Source: Clostridia bacterium (GTDB taxonomy: Bacteria; Bacillota; Clostridia; Oscillospirales; Acutalibacteraceae). Taken from it: a DNA stretch of 64,000 nt. Position 1 is the first letter of the stretch, and every line of letters begins with the position of its first letter. Made by a program: the position numbers and the translations under genes. The notes below the pieces were generated by a model. The model did not search any database and had not been told where the DNA came from. It saw only the letters and a program-made list of their open reading frames with translations. The DNA is taken from contig JAFQSP010000008.1 of assembly GCA_017409475.1 (NCBI GenBank), positions 51,650 to 115,649 of the forward strand, read 5' to 3'. Shown here one piece after another: positions 1 through 10,376 of the stretch.

Positions 1-423
1 GGGCTGTGATAAAATTCAAAGCTTGTTTTTCCGAGAATAAAAAACGTTGTCATCGGGACAATAGCCGCAAGCGATATGATAAATGAATAAAGATAGCATT
101 TATCCTTACCGAATTTATATGCTGTAATTATCATCGCAATTCCAAGTAATACTACTGCAATTATTGACATGTTGCGGAATTGAGTAACCTTTCCAACGTC
201 GATTCCGGGGTTGATTTCAAGGCTAAGATTAAGCCCGAAAAAGTTGATAAGATATATAATGGTATTTATAACCGTTCCAACATAGAACAAGATATGGTCT
301 AATTTATAGAATATGCCGGGGCGTCTTTTAAAAGGCGATACCGTTTCGCTCAGCCCTTTGATAGCAAGCTCTTCTGCCTTTAAATAAAGTTTTTCGTTCT
401 GAACTGATGATTTTTTATTCATT
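1..423 (-). CDS. Hypothetical integral membrane protein; the 3' end runs off the window edge
   Basis: Open frame on the minus strand starts at ATG 421-423 (MNKKSSVQNEKLYLKAEELAIKG...), with AAAGGA 8 nt upstream. Hydrophobic segments follow (GTVINTIIYLINFFG, IIAVVLLGIAMIITA). It is missing from the ORF track because it is truncated at position 1. Confidence 0.6.
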
Positions 424-504
424 TTTACAATCCTTTCAAAAAGGTATATATTTTAATGATATCACAAACCCTCATTTTTGTAAATCAAAAGAATTGGTAA
501 TAAC

Positions 505-538
505 TAAAAAAAGCAGAGGAATTTCCTCTGCTTTTTTT
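505..538. terminator. Bidirectional rho-independent terminator downstream of trkH
   Basis: A-run, stem AGCAGAGGA / TCCTCTGCT with a 3-nt loop, then T-run. Confidence 0.7.
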
Positions 539-547
539 AAAACTTTA

Positions 548-1990
548 TTATTTTTTTGACCAGGTTGACGGTGAAAGGGAAATAAGTAGCGGGAAAATTT
601 CGAGTCGACCGAGCAACATGGCAAATGAAAGAACAATTTTTGAAATATCGGAATATTCAGCGAAGTTCATTGACGGACCGACAAGGCTAAATCCGGGACC
701 TACATTGTTGATACAGGTAACTGCAGCCGAAAAATTGGTTTCAAAATTAAACGGCTCAAAGCTTAAAACAACAAAGGTCGCAAGTGTTCCGACAATATAA
801 ATCGCAAAATAGACGCCAACATTTCTCAGTATCGGGTCGTCAATTTGTCTGCCGTCCATTTTTACTACATTTACCGAGCGTGGATGAAGCATCTTGTGCA
901 ATTCCGAGCGCATCATTTTAAATAGAATAAGTACGCGCGATATTTTAAGTCCACCTGCGGTTGAACCCGCACATCCGCCGAGGAATAAAAGAATAAAGAT
1001 GATTCCCTTTGACAATGATGGCCAAAGGTCAAAGTCGGCTGTTGCATATCCAGTAGTTGTAACGACTGAGGATACCTGAAACGCCGCATAACGAAGTGCA
1101 TCAAAGAATCCACCGAATCGTGATAAAATATTTGCGGTAATAATTCCAGTGCTTACGGTTATAACGCCGATATAAACCCAAAGTTCGAGATTTTTGAATA
1201 TCGAGCGGAAATTTCGCAACAAGAGGAAATAATAAAGGTTAAAGTTGATTCCAAACAGAAGCATGAATACCGTAATAACCCATTGACAGTAGGGGCTGTA
1301 TCCGCCAATACTGTCGGCCTTTATACCAAAGCCGCCTGTGCCCGCTGTGCCGAATGAATGAACAACGCTTTCAAAAAGGCTCATTCCGCCAAAAAGGAGG
1401 AATATCGTTTCGATTACCGTCATCGCAATATAGATTAAATAAAGTATCTTTGCAGTATCCTTTGCCTTTGGTACCAGCTTGCCAACTATCGGTCCTGCCA
1501 TTTCGGCACGGATAAGATGAATCGACCTGTCGCTGAATTTTGGCATTATTGCGAGAACAAATACGAGAACTCCCATGCCGCCAATCCAGTGGGTAAAGCT
1601 GCGCCAGAAAAGAATGCCCTTGCTGAGCGCCTCGACGTTGCGTACAATCGACGAACCGGTGGTTGTGAACCCGCTTATTGTTTCAAAAACGGCATCAATA
1701 AATGAGGGGATTTCTCCGCTGATTACAAAGGGAGCTGCGCCTATTAACGACATTGCTATCCAAGCCAGCGATACGATAACAAAACCCTCTTTTGCGTAAA
1801 AAACGCGTGTTTTCGGTCGGGATAAAATGGTCATCAAAAAACCGAATCCAAGCGCAATTCCAATTGAGATTAAAAAGGCAAGGTAACTCGATTCGCGATA
1901 AATAAGCGAAACAATAAGCGGTAGCGCCATCAGCGCCGCCTCAACCTTTAACATCTGGCCTATTAAATAAAAAACCATTCTACGATTCAT
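548..1990 (-). CDS. trkH: TrkH/KtrB-family potassium uptake membrane subunit
   Basis: 480-aa polytopic protein with repeated pore-loop-like GTxGFG-type segments (TGTGGFG, TTTGSS, TTTGYA). It lies directly downstream of trkA. Confidence 0.9.
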   Translation of the reverse strand: MNRRMVFYLIGQMLKVEAALMALPLIVSLIYRESSYLAFLISIGIALGFGFLMTILSRPKTRVFYAKEGFVIVSLAWIAMSLIGAAPFVISGEIPSFIDAVFETISGFTTTGSSIVRNVEALSKGILFWRSFTHWIGGMGVLVFVLAIMPKFSDRSIHLIRAEMAGPIVGKLVPKAKDTAKILYLIYIAMTVIETIFLLFGGMSLFESVVHSFGTAGTGGFGIKADSIGGYSPYCQWVITVFMLLFGINFNLYYFLLLRNFRSIFKNLELWVYIGVITVSTGIITANILSRFGGFFDALRYAAFQVSSVVTTTGYATADFDLWPSLSKGIIFILLFLGGCAGSTAGGLKISRVLILFKMMRSELHKMLHPRSVNVVKMDGRQIDDPILRNVGVYFAIYIVGTLATFVVLSFEPFNFETNFSAAVTCINNVGPGFSLVGPSMNFAEYSDISKIVLSFAMLLGRLEIFPLLISLSPSTWSKK

Positions 1991-2008
1991 AATATTTAAA
2001 CCAAGCCT

Positions 2009-3367
2009 TTACAGAAGAATGTCCGAAATATCGTTAAGCTTATAGCCGGAAGTAATGATTACCACCTTGTCTTCCGGTAAAATCATATCATTACCGGAGG
2101 GGATAATAATCTTTCTTCCTCTCATGATTCCGGCTATGAGTGTATTCGGCTTTAGCTTCATATCTTTAAGCGGAATTTCGGTAACAGCGCTTTGGGCGGC
2201 GATGTTAAATTCAAGAGCTTCCGCCTTTGCATCCATAATCTGATAAAGGGTTTCAACGTTGCTTCCAAGCGAGTTTTCGAGCGCTCTTGCATATCTGACC
2301 AGAATGTCCGAAATAATGTTTTTCGGCGAAATGGTACAGTCAAGACCTATTTTTTCAGCCAAATACATGAATTCGTCGCGGTTCACCTTTGAAATAACCT
2401 TAGGTACATTTTGAGCAGCGGCATAGAAGGAAATAAGAATATTTTCTTCATCCATACCTGTCAGCGAAATAAAGGCATCCATGGAGCTGAGCCCCTCTTC
2501 GTTAAGAAGCTCCTGACCGGCGCCGTCACCGTTAATAATAATGGCATTCGGCAAGGTTTCGGAAAGTTCCAGACAACGCTTGTGGTCCTTTTCAACGATT
2601 TTTACTGTGTTTCCTATACCCATCAGCATTTTTGAAAGATAGTATGCCGTGCGGCTGCCGCCAAGAATCATGATATTGCGTGCCTGCTTTTGCATAACTC
2701 CGAGCATTTTCAGGAAGCGCAGAATTTCGCTTGTAGTAGCGGTGATGCCGATTTTATCCCCGCTTTTTAGTACAAAGCTGCCGTCGGGAATAAACACCTC
2801 GTTGTCACGCTGAACAACGCAAACGAGAAGCTGTACGTCATATTTTTTTCTCAATTCGATGAGACTTATTCCGTCAAGCACCGATTCTTGTCTTAATTTC
2901 AGCTCAATCATTTCAAAATCGCGACGTGAAAATGTTTCAATTTTAGCGGCTGAGGGCAATTTGAGAATGTTAAAAAGCTCCTGAGCGGCAAGCAAGTCGG
3001 GGTTAATAGCCATTGAAAGTCCAAGCTGCTTTTTAATAAATCCAAGATTTTGGTCATTATATTCAGGGTTTCTTATTCTTGCAATCGTGTGCTTTGCGCC
3101 CATTCGTCTTGCAAGAAAGCAGCTGAGCATATTAAATTCGTCCGAGCCGGTAACGGCGACAAAAAGCTCAGCCTTTTCGACCCCTGCCTCGCTTAAAGTG
3201 TCACAGTCGTTTCCATTTCCGCAAATACCGATCGCGTCATATAAATTAGTGATTTCGTTAATTGTTTCCGGGTTGCTGTCGAGCGCAACTACGTTATGTC
3301 CCTCTGCGACGAGACTGGCTAATATCGTTTTGCCGATTTTTCCGCAACCTACAACTATAATGTTCAT
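2009..3367 (-). CDS. trkA: TrkA potassium uptake protein, double RCK/NAD-binding peripheral subunit
   Basis: 452 aa with two Rossmann glycine motifs (VVGCGKIGK near the N-terminus, ILGGSRTAYYL mid-protein). This is the typical duplicated TrkA-N/TrkA-C layout. Confidence 0.92.
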   Translation of the reverse strand: MNIIVVGCGKIGKTILASLVAEGHNVVALDSNPETINEITNLYDAIGICGNGNDCDTLSEAGVEKAELFVAVTGSDEFNMLSCFLARRMGAKHTIARIRNPEYNDQNLGFIKKQLGLSMAINPDLLAAQELFNILKLPSAAKIETFSRRDFEMIELKLRQESVLDGISLIELRKKYDVQLLVCVVQRDNEVFIPDGSFVLKSGDKIGITATTSEILRFLKMLGVMQKQARNIMILGGSRTAYYLSKMLMGIGNTVKIVEKDHKRCLELSETLPNAIIINGDGAGQELLNEEGLSSMDAFISLTGMDEENILISFYAAAQNVPKVISKVNRDEFMYLAEKIGLDCTISPKNIISDILVRYARALENSLGSNVETLYQIMDAKAEALEFNIAAQSAVTEIPLKDMKLKPNTLIAGIMRGRKIIIPSGNDMILPEDKVVIITSGYKLNDISDILL

Positions 3368-3477
3368 AAAAAAATAACCTCGTATCGTTTTTATGTTCTT
3401 TTGAATAATAAATTATACTCATTATACTACACTTATTAATATATTTCCATATATTTTTAAAATTTCACTTGAATAAG

Positions 3478-3510
3478 AAAAAACCGACCTTGTCAAAAGG
3501 TCGGTTTTTT
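3478..3510 (-). terminator. Rho-independent terminator after the GH2 gene
   Basis: AAAAAACCGACC ... GGTCGGTTTTTT hairpin immediately 3' of the minus-strand CDS ending at 3512. Confidence 0.75.
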
Positions 3511-3511
3511 C

Positions 3512-5839
3512 TTAATCTAATGTCACATTAATTTTTGTCGTGCCGAGATTTTCGCTTGTTGCGTATAGTGTGAATTTCTTGCAATCCGCATTAGGCAATA
3601 CGGCTATCGCAATCTTTCCTGCATACATTTTTCGGTCGGGAAGGGTGACCTTATTGTGGTCGCAGTTGCCGCTTCCGGTGCCGATAATTTTCGCGCCCTC
3701 GGTGACCTTGAATTTGACGAATTCGCTTGCGGTAGGAACGATTTTTCCGTCTTCGTCAATACATTCACAGGTGAATATGGCCATATCCTTGCCGCCGGCT
3801 TTAATTTCGTTTTTGAGGGTAAGTGTGAGCTTATTCGGCTCCTTTGTGGTCGCTACCGTATGAGTAGCTGCCTCTTTGCCATCCTTGTAGCCGATTGCCG
3901 TAAGTTCACCCTTTTCAAAGGGAACAAGCCACTCGCCGTGACCGTATTTTTCGATTGCTTTTTTGCCGAGTGAACGTCCGTTCAATATAAGCTCAATTTC
4001 GTCACAGTTGGTATATACCGGTACATCAATTTCCTCACCCTCAAGTCCAAAGTGATTCCAATGAGGAACAATATGAATCATTGGCTCATTCGTCCAGTGT
4101 GACTTATTCTGATAAAATGCACCTTTTGGCTGTAAGAATAGGTCGAGTGCACCCGATTTTGAGCAGATAAAGGGCCATACAGCCTCACCTCTATGCTCAA
4201 CGGCTGCCCATTGATAGCCGCCGATGACATAGTCCTTTGACATGAGTTCCTTCCAAGTGAACTCTCTGCCCTTGAACCATGAGTTTGTGTTGCGGTCCTT
4301 GTCTTTTATATAACCGTCGGCGCATGAGTCATAATGCCAGCCGCGAGTTGTTCCCGTAGCGCAGCATTCCGAGGCTAAAATCGCCTTATCGGAATATTTT
4401 TCGTGCACCTTGTCGTAGCTTTCGAGGTTATAGTTAATGCCGATAATGTCACAGTATTCGAATATTGTTGATTGCTCAGGGGAAACCGATTGAGCCGCAG
4501 TAATAAAGCGGTATTTATCAAGCTTTCTGATGTGAGCATAAAGGGCGCGGTGAATGCGCTTTCCAATATCTGTTATGTGAAAATGCTCCTCGTTACCCGT
4601 TGACCAGAAAAATACGCTCGGTCTGTTTCTGTCGCGCAAAACGAGCGCTTCAAGCTGCTGGGTTCCTTCGTCCGAGCTTTCAAACCAGCGAGCCTCGTTC
4701 ATTACAATAAAGCCCATTTCATCAAGGGCGTCCATTGTAGCGGCTGATTGCTGATAATGCGCTGTACGGTAGCCGTTAGCACCCATTTTCTTAATCTGTT
4801 CAATCTTATATTTTGCTACATTATCGGGCACAGCAATTCCTACCAAACCATAATCTTGATGGCAGCAAACGCCCTTTATAATAGTCTTTTTGCCGTTGAT
4901 GTAAAGTCCGTTATCAATAATTTCAGCCGTGCGGAAACCGATTCTCGTCTCGTTTTTGTCGATTTCTTCTCCGTCAACGGAAAGGGAGGTTTCAACTGTA
5001 TAGAGATTTGGACTTTCAGTGTCCCAAAGCAGCGGATTCGTCACCCTTGCCGAATAGGAGAGAGTGCTTTTCGACCTCGACTCAACTGTGCCAACGGTTT
5101 CGGCTTGTCCAATCACTTCGCTGTCTTTTGAAATAATCTTGCTTATCGCCTTTACCTCTTTATCATCATATCCGTCGTTTCTGACGGTGGTTTCGAGGTC
5201 AATTTGCCATTCGTTGTCGCTTAATCTTCTGCTCGGAGCATAAACACCGTAAAGGTCGATTGAAATCGGCTCGGTTATAACGAGGTGTACGTTGCGATAA
5301 ATTCCCGCACCCTGATACCACCAACCCTCAAAGTCGGCACCTTCAACGTATATTGCAAGCACGTTCCATCTATCGAAATAAACATAGTCCGAAACGTCAA
5401 CCTCAAAGCTGTTGTAGCTCGAAAAATTATGCTTTATGAGACAGCCGTTAATATAAAGGGTTGCCTTTCCCGCAATTCCCTCAAAGAAAAAGGTGATTCG
5501 CTTTCCTTCAAATTCCTTGTCAAGCCGGAACCCCTTGCGATACCAGCCGTTATCATAGTTAAAGTAGCCGGTAGCGTTGTTGCCCGATTTTTCGTCGGGA
5601 TTCTGGTCGATTATGTAGTCGTGAGGTAGATTAACCCATTCCCAACCCTCACTTTTAATTTCTTTGTCGCCGAAGCTGTATCCGTCGGGCTCGGCATAAT
5701 ACTGGTGAGAAGCAGGACCGATAAGCTTTCTCGTTGTTTTTGATTGAGAATATACCGGTCCCTTTGAGGTCGGGTAGGGAACTTCAATATCGCCTTTATG
5801 AAATTTCCATCCTGAATTTAAAAGGATATCTTTACGCAT
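3512..5839 (-). CDS. Glycoside hydrolase family 2 (beta-galactosidase/beta-glucuronidase-like), no signal peptide seen
   Basis: 775 aa. It has a GH2 sugar-binding-like N-terminus (GWKFHKGD), a WSTGNEE acid/base-type motif, and a later ASECC segment consistent with the nucleophile region. Confidence 0.85.
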   Translation of the reverse strand: MRKDILLNSGWKFHKGDIEVPYPTSKGPVYSQSKTTRKLIGPASHQYYAEPDGYSFGDKEIKSEGWEWVNLPHDYIIDQNPDEKSGNNATGYFNYDNGWYRKGFRLDKEFEGKRITFFFEGIAGKATLYINGCLIKHNFSSYNSFEVDVSDYVYFDRWNVLAIYVEGADFEGWWYQGAGIYRNVHLVITEPISIDLYGVYAPSRRLSDNEWQIDLETTVRNDGYDDKEVKAISKIISKDSEVIGQAETVGTVESRSKSTLSYSARVTNPLLWDTESPNLYTVETSLSVDGEEIDKNETRIGFRTAEIIDNGLYINGKKTIIKGVCCHQDYGLVGIAVPDNVAKYKIEQIKKMGANGYRTAHYQQSAATMDALDEMGFIVMNEARWFESSDEGTQQLEALVLRDRNRPSVFFWSTGNEEHFHITDIGKRIHRALYAHIRKLDKYRFITAAQSVSPEQSTIFEYCDIIGINYNLESYDKVHEKYSDKAILASECCATGTTRGWHYDSCADGYIKDKDRNTNSWFKGREFTWKELMSKDYVIGGYQWAAVEHRGEAVWPFICSKSGALDLFLQPKGAFYQNKSHWTNEPMIHIVPHWNHFGLEGEEIDVPVYTNCDEIELILNGRSLGKKAIEKYGHGEWLVPFEKGELTAIGYKDGKEAATHTVATTKEPNKLTLTLKNEIKAGGKDMAIFTCECIDEDGKIVPTASEFVKFKVTEGAKIIGTGSGNCDHNKVTLPDRKMYAGKIAIAVLPNADCKKFTLYATSENLGTTKINVTLD

Positions 5840-5857
5840 AATACACCTCTAAAAGAG

Positions 5858-6664
5858 TTATGATTTTAATATATCGAGAATTTCTTTTGCGCTGTCGATT
5901 ACCAAATCGGGCTTAACGTCCGAACTGACAAGCGTCTGTCTGTCGCATTCGCCGCTCATTACCAGAATGGACAAAGCACCTGCGGCAATTCCGCTTTTAA
6001 TATCGGTATAAATTCTGTCGCCGATAACCGCCGTTTCTGCCTTATCGACGCCGTATTTTTTCATCGCGATAAGCGGCATTTCGGGTTGCGGCTTGCCTAT
6101 TACAATGGGTCGCATTTTGGTCGCGTTGTAAATCATTTCACATACCGAGCCGCAATCGGGCACACTGCCGTATTCGGTCGGGCAAACGAGGTCGGGATTG
6201 GTCGCGATATATCCAACATTTTTGGTCAAAAGGATTTTGCACACGTCTTCGAGCTTTTTGAAGTTAAGCTCGGTATCGAATCCCATAACGATACAGTCGG
6301 TGTCCTCGATGCTTTCGGTGATGGTGAATCCCTCACCGCAAAGCTCCTTTTTAAGCGACTGAGTGCCGCAAACGTAAAGGCGATCGTTGGGTCGATTTTC
6401 CTTTAAATAAAGGGCGGTTGCCTGCGACGAGGTGATAAAATCCTCTCTATCAGCGTCGATGCCGAGCCCCTTTAACTTTTTCACGTAATCGTCCACGCTC
6501 TTTGACGAGTTGTTGGTCATGAATAAATATCTGCTACCGCTTTCTCTTATTCTTTCGAGCAATTCTTTTGTAAAATCGAATAGTCGGTTGCCGATATAAA
6601 GCGTCCCGTCCATGTCGAAAAGAAAGAGACGAATATTTTTAACAGCGTCAATATTCTTCATCAT
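5858..6664 (-). CDS. HAD-superfamily IIA sugar phosphatase (NagD/TIGR01457-like)
   Basis: DMDGTLY motif I, MTNNSS motif II and GDRIYTDI motif IV in 268 aa. Confidence 0.85.
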   Translation of the reverse strand: MMKNIDAVKNIRLFLFDMDGTLYIGNRLFDFTKELLERIRESGSRYLFMTNNSSKSVDDYVKKLKGLGIDADREDFITSSQATALYLKENRPNDRLYVCGTQSLKKELCGEGFTITESIEDTDCIVMGFDTELNFKKLEDVCKILLTKNVGYIATNPDLVCPTEYGSVPDCGSVCEMIYNATKMRPIVIGKPQPEMPLIAMKKYGVDKAETAVIGDRIYTDIKSGIAAGALSILVMSGECDRQTLVSSDVKPDLVIDSAKEILDILKS

Positions 6665-6855
6665 TTTATCTCCTACCGAAAGGAAATTTTATACACTGAT
6701 AGCATAACAGTATTTGTCGCTGTTTTTCAAGTGTTTTTTCTTTAAATTGTCAGTAATTTATCTAATATATAAAATAAATGCTTTTATTATCCAATTTTTA
6801 TGATATACTTATATTTGTAAAAAATCAACTGCGAAAAAAGAGGTTGGTAAATTAA

Positions 6856-8583
6856 ATGTTTAAACTGCTTCGGTTTATGAAGGGGTATAAGAAGGAAAGT
6901 ATTCTCGGTCCCTTTTTTAAAATGCTCGAGGTTGTATTCGAGCTTATGGTGCCTCTTATTGTTGCCAATATCGTCGATATCGGTATAAAAGGGAATAATA
7001 ACACCGCCTATATTTTTAAAATGAGTTTGCTGCTTGTCCTTTTCGGGCTTATTGGACTGACGAGTACGCTTGCGGCTCAGTATTTTGCGGCAAAGGCGGC
7101 TGTCGGCTTTGCGTCAAAGGTGCGCTTTGCCCTCTTTGAGCATATCGGACGTTTGTCCTATACCGAGCTCGATTCGGTTGGTACGTCGACGCTTATTACC
7201 CGAATGACCAGCGATATAAATCAGGTTCAGCAGGGGATAAATCTTACTCTGCGTCTATTTTTGCGTTCGCCCTTTATCGTTTTTGGTGCCTTGATAATGG
7301 CATTTACCGTCGATGCAAAGGCGGCATTATGGTTTGTTATAGTAATTCCGGTATTATCGATTGTCGTTTTCGGTATAATGCTTGTTTCAATCCCGCTTTA
7401 TAAAAAAGTGCAGGGAGGTCTTGACCGTGTTGTTGGTCTAACCCGTTCAGGACTTTCGGGCGCAAGGGTTGTACGAGCTTTTTGTACCGAAAATCGTGAA
7501 ACCCAAGAGTTTGAAGACCGCAATAACAATCTCGCCGAAACGCAGAAGTTCGTCGGCAGAATCTCTGCGCTTATGAATCCGCTTACCTATGTGATAATCA
7601 ATCTTGCGGTAATTGCCCTCATTTATACTGGAGCCATTCGCGTAGAAGCGGGAGTAATAACTCAGGGAGCAGTTATCGCACTCTATAACTATATGTCGCA
7701 GATTTTGGTTGAGCTTATTAAGCTTGCCAACCTCATTATAAATATAACAAAATCGGTCGCAAGCGGTAATAGAATACAGTCGGTTTTTGAAATCGAGAGC
7801 AGCCAAACCGAGTCGGGAAATGCCGTTGTTTTAGCCGATGCAGGCGCTATCGAGTTTAAAAACGTATCGATGAAATATAAAGGTGCGGCGGAAAACTCGT
7901 TACAGAACATAAGCTTTTCGGTGAAAAAGGGCGAAACTGTGGGAATAATCGGCGGCACAGGCTCGGGGAAAAGCACGCTTGTGAATATGATTCCTCGCTT
8001 TTACGATTCGAGCGAGGGTGAGCTGCATATCGGCGGCGTTAATGTTAAGGATTGGGATACCGAAGCGCTGCGCGAAAAAATCGCCGTTGTTCCGCAAAAG
8101 GCGGTACTTTTCAAGGGTACCATCCGCGAAAATCTATTGTGGGGCAGCGAAAATGCCACCGATGATGATATTTATTTCGCGCTCGAAACAGCTCAGGCAC
8201 TCGACGTTGTAATGAAAAAGGAAGATAAACTTGACCATTTGATTGAGCAGTCGGGACGCAATCTTTCGGGCGGTCAGCGTCAGCGCCTTACCATCGCACG
8301 AGCCCTTGTCAAAAAGCCACAGATTTTAATTCTCGACGATAGCTCGTCGGCCCTTGATTATGCCACCGATTCCGCTTTGCGAAAGGCAATCGCCGAATCA
8401 ACCGAGGGAATGACGGTGTTTATCGTTTCTCAGCGCGCCTCGTCGGTAATGAATGCGGATAAAATAATCGTTCTTGACGACGGCGAAGCTGTTGGCATAG
8501 GTACCCACGAGGAGCTGCTTGCCACCTGCGATATTTATAACGAAATTTATCATTCCCAGTTCAAAAAGGGGGTGGAGAAATGA
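6856..8583 (+). CDS. ABC exporter, fused TMD-NBD half transporter; this is the subunit with the degenerate catalytic site
   Basis: Six-TM N-terminal domain, Walker A GGTGSGKST, signature LSGGQRQR. Walker B is ILILDDSSS, so Asp replaces the usual catalytic Glu. Confidence 0.9.
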   Translation: MFKLLRFMKGYKKESILGPFFKMLEVVFELMVPLIVANIVDIGIKGNNNTAYIFKMSLLLVLFGLIGLTSTLAAQYFAAKAAVGFASKVRFALFEHIGRLSYTELDSVGTSTLITRMTSDINQVQQGINLTLRLFLRSPFIVFGALIMAFTVDAKAALWFVIVIPVLSIVVFGIMLVSIPLYKKVQGGLDRVVGLTRSGLSGARVVRAFCTENRETQEFEDRNNNLAETQKFVGRISALMNPLTYVIINLAVIALIYTGAIRVEAGVITQGAVIALYNYMSQILVELIKLANLIINITKSVASGNRIQSVFEIESSQTESGNAVVLADAGAIEFKNVSMKYKGAAENSLQNISFSVKKGETVGIIGGTGSGKSTLVNMIPRFYDSSEGELHIGGVNVKDWDTEALREKIAVVPQKAVLFKGTIRENLLWGSENATDDDIYFALETAQALDVVMKKEDKLDHLIEQSGRNLSGGQRQRLTIARALVKKPQILILDDSSSALDYATDSALRKAIAESTEGMTVFIVSQRASSVMNADKIIVLDDGEAVGIGTHEELLATCDIYNEIYHSQFKKGVEK

Positions 8584-10322
8584 GTAAGTCATCTAAAAAA
8601 GGCGTGTTTTCGAAAATAATGCGTTACATCGGCCGATACAAATATCTTCTTGCCTTATCTGTACTTTTTGCGGCCGTATCAGCGGTTTTAACCCTTCTTG
8701 TTCCTGTTTTTATCGGTGATGCAATCGACCTTATTGTGTCAAAGGGAAAGGTCGATTTTGCGGGTATTGGCGCAATTTTATTAAAAATCAGTGTAATCAT
8801 TTCTGTCACCGCTATTCTTCAATGGCTGATGAATATTTTTAATAACCGAATCACCTTTAACGTGGTTCGCGATATTCGCAACGAAGCTTTTAGAAAGACA
8901 CAGGTTTTACCCCTTTCGTATATCGATACCCATCCTTACGGTGAAACGGTCAGCCGAATTATTGCCGACGTTGACCAGTTTGCCGACGGACTGCTTATGG
9001 GACTTACTCAGTTATTTACAGGTGTAATTACGATTTTGGGAACGCTTGTTTTCATGCTCCTCATTGATGTCAGAATTACCCTCGTTGTTGTGCTGCTCAC
9101 TCCGATTTCAATGCTGGTTGCGAAGTTTATTACAACTCGCACCTATTCCATGTTTAAAAAGCAGTCGGAAATCAGGGGAGAGCAAACTGCCTTTATTGAG
9201 GAAATGATAGACAATCAAAAGGTTGTAAAGGCATTTTCTCACGAGGATGAAAATCTCGAAAAATTCGGTAAAATAAATGACCAGCTCGAAAAATGTACTC
9301 TCAAAGCCACATTCTTTTCTTCGCTTACAAATCCGGGTACGCGATTTGTCAATAGCCTCGTTTACGCAGGGGTTGCGCTTGTAGGTGCGCTTTTGGCGGC
9401 GAATGGAGCAATTACAGTCGGCGCATTAACCTGCTTTTTAAGCTACGCTAACCAGTATGCAAAGCCGTTTAACGAAATTTCGGGAGTTATAACCGAATTT
9501 AATAACGCCCTCGTTTGCGCAAACCGAGTATTCGAGCTTATCGAGCAACAGCCCGAAACTCTCGATGATGCTGGCGCAACCGAGCTTGAAAATGTATGCG
9601 GAAAGGTTGACCTCGAAAGCGTTTATTTTTCATACACCCCTGACCAGAAGCTTATCGAAAACCTCAATCTTAACGTAAAGCCGGGTATGCGCGTTGCCAT
9701 AGTCGGACCGACAGGCTGCGGAAAGACCACGCTTATAAATCTTCTTATGCGCTTTTACGATGTTACGGGCGGCGAAATTTCGGTAGACGGAAAGCCGATT
9801 CTTTCCCTTACGCGAAAGAGCCTTCGTAAAAATTACGGCATGGTGCTTCAGGAAACCTGGCTTAGCGAAGGGACCATTCGCGATAATATTGCCTTTGGAA
9901 AGCCCGATGCGACCGATGAAGAAATTATTTTAGCGGCAAAGGCGGCACACGCTCACAGCTTCATAAAACGCCTCGAAAAAGGCTACGATACCGTTCTCGG
10001 TGAGGGCGGCGGAAATCTTTCCCAGGGACAAAAGCAGCTTTTATGTATAGCAAGGGTGATGCTTTGCCTGCCACCGATGCTCATTCTTGACGAGGCAACT
10101 TCGTCGATAGACACCCGTACCGAGCAGCGAATTCAAAAGGCGTTTTCCACCATGATGGAGGGAAGAACAAGCTTTATAGTTGCCCACCGACTTTCGACCA
10201 TAATGGAGGCGGATATTATCCTCGTTATGAAGGACGGTAATATAATCGAGCAGGGAAGCCATGACGAGCTTATCGAAAAGAATGGTTTTTATGCAAAAAT
10301 GTACGAAAGTCAGTTTATATAA
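8580..10322 (+). CDS. ABC exporter, fused TMD-NBD half transporter; this is the consensus-site partner
   Basis: Its start overlaps the upstream stop (ATGA). Walker A GPTGCGKTT, signature LSQGQKQL, Walker B LILDEATSSID with the catalytic Glu. Confidence 0.9.
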   Translation: MSKSSKKGVFSKIMRYIGRYKYLLALSVLFAAVSAVLTLLVPVFIGDAIDLIVSKGKVDFAGIGAILLKISVIISVTAILQWLMNIFNNRITFNVVRDIRNEAFRKTQVLPLSYIDTHPYGETVSRIIADVDQFADGLLMGLTQLFTGVITILGTLVFMLLIDVRITLVVVLLTPISMLVAKFITTRTYSMFKKQSEIRGEQTAFIEEMIDNQKVVKAFSHEDENLEKFGKINDQLEKCTLKATFFSSLTNPGTRFVNSLVYAGVALVGALLAANGAITVGALTCFLSYANQYAKPFNEISGVITEFNNALVCANRVFELIEQQPETLDDAGATELENVCGKVDLESVYFSYTPDQKLIENLNLNVKPGMRVAIVGPTGCGKTTLINLLMRFYDVTGGEISVDGKPILSLTRKSLRKNYGMVLQETWLSEGTIRDNIAFGKPDATDEEIILAAKAAHAHSFIKRLEKGYDTVLGEGGGNLSQGQKQLLCIARVMLCLPPMLILDEATSSIDTRTEQRIQKAFSTMMEGRTSFIVAHRLSTIMEADIILVMKDGNIIEQGSHDELIEKNGFYAKMYESQFI

Positions 10323-10376
10323 CCACAAAATTGTCATATAATTATTCTATCCCGATGAATAAAGCGGAGGTGCTTT

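Noticed and set aside
3368-3477. c-di-AMP (ydaO-type) riboswitch upstream of trkA, considered because K+ transporters are frequent targets and cdaA lies in the same window
   Set aside because: The leader is short, AT-rich and unstructured. It contains only promoter-like TATAAT elements.
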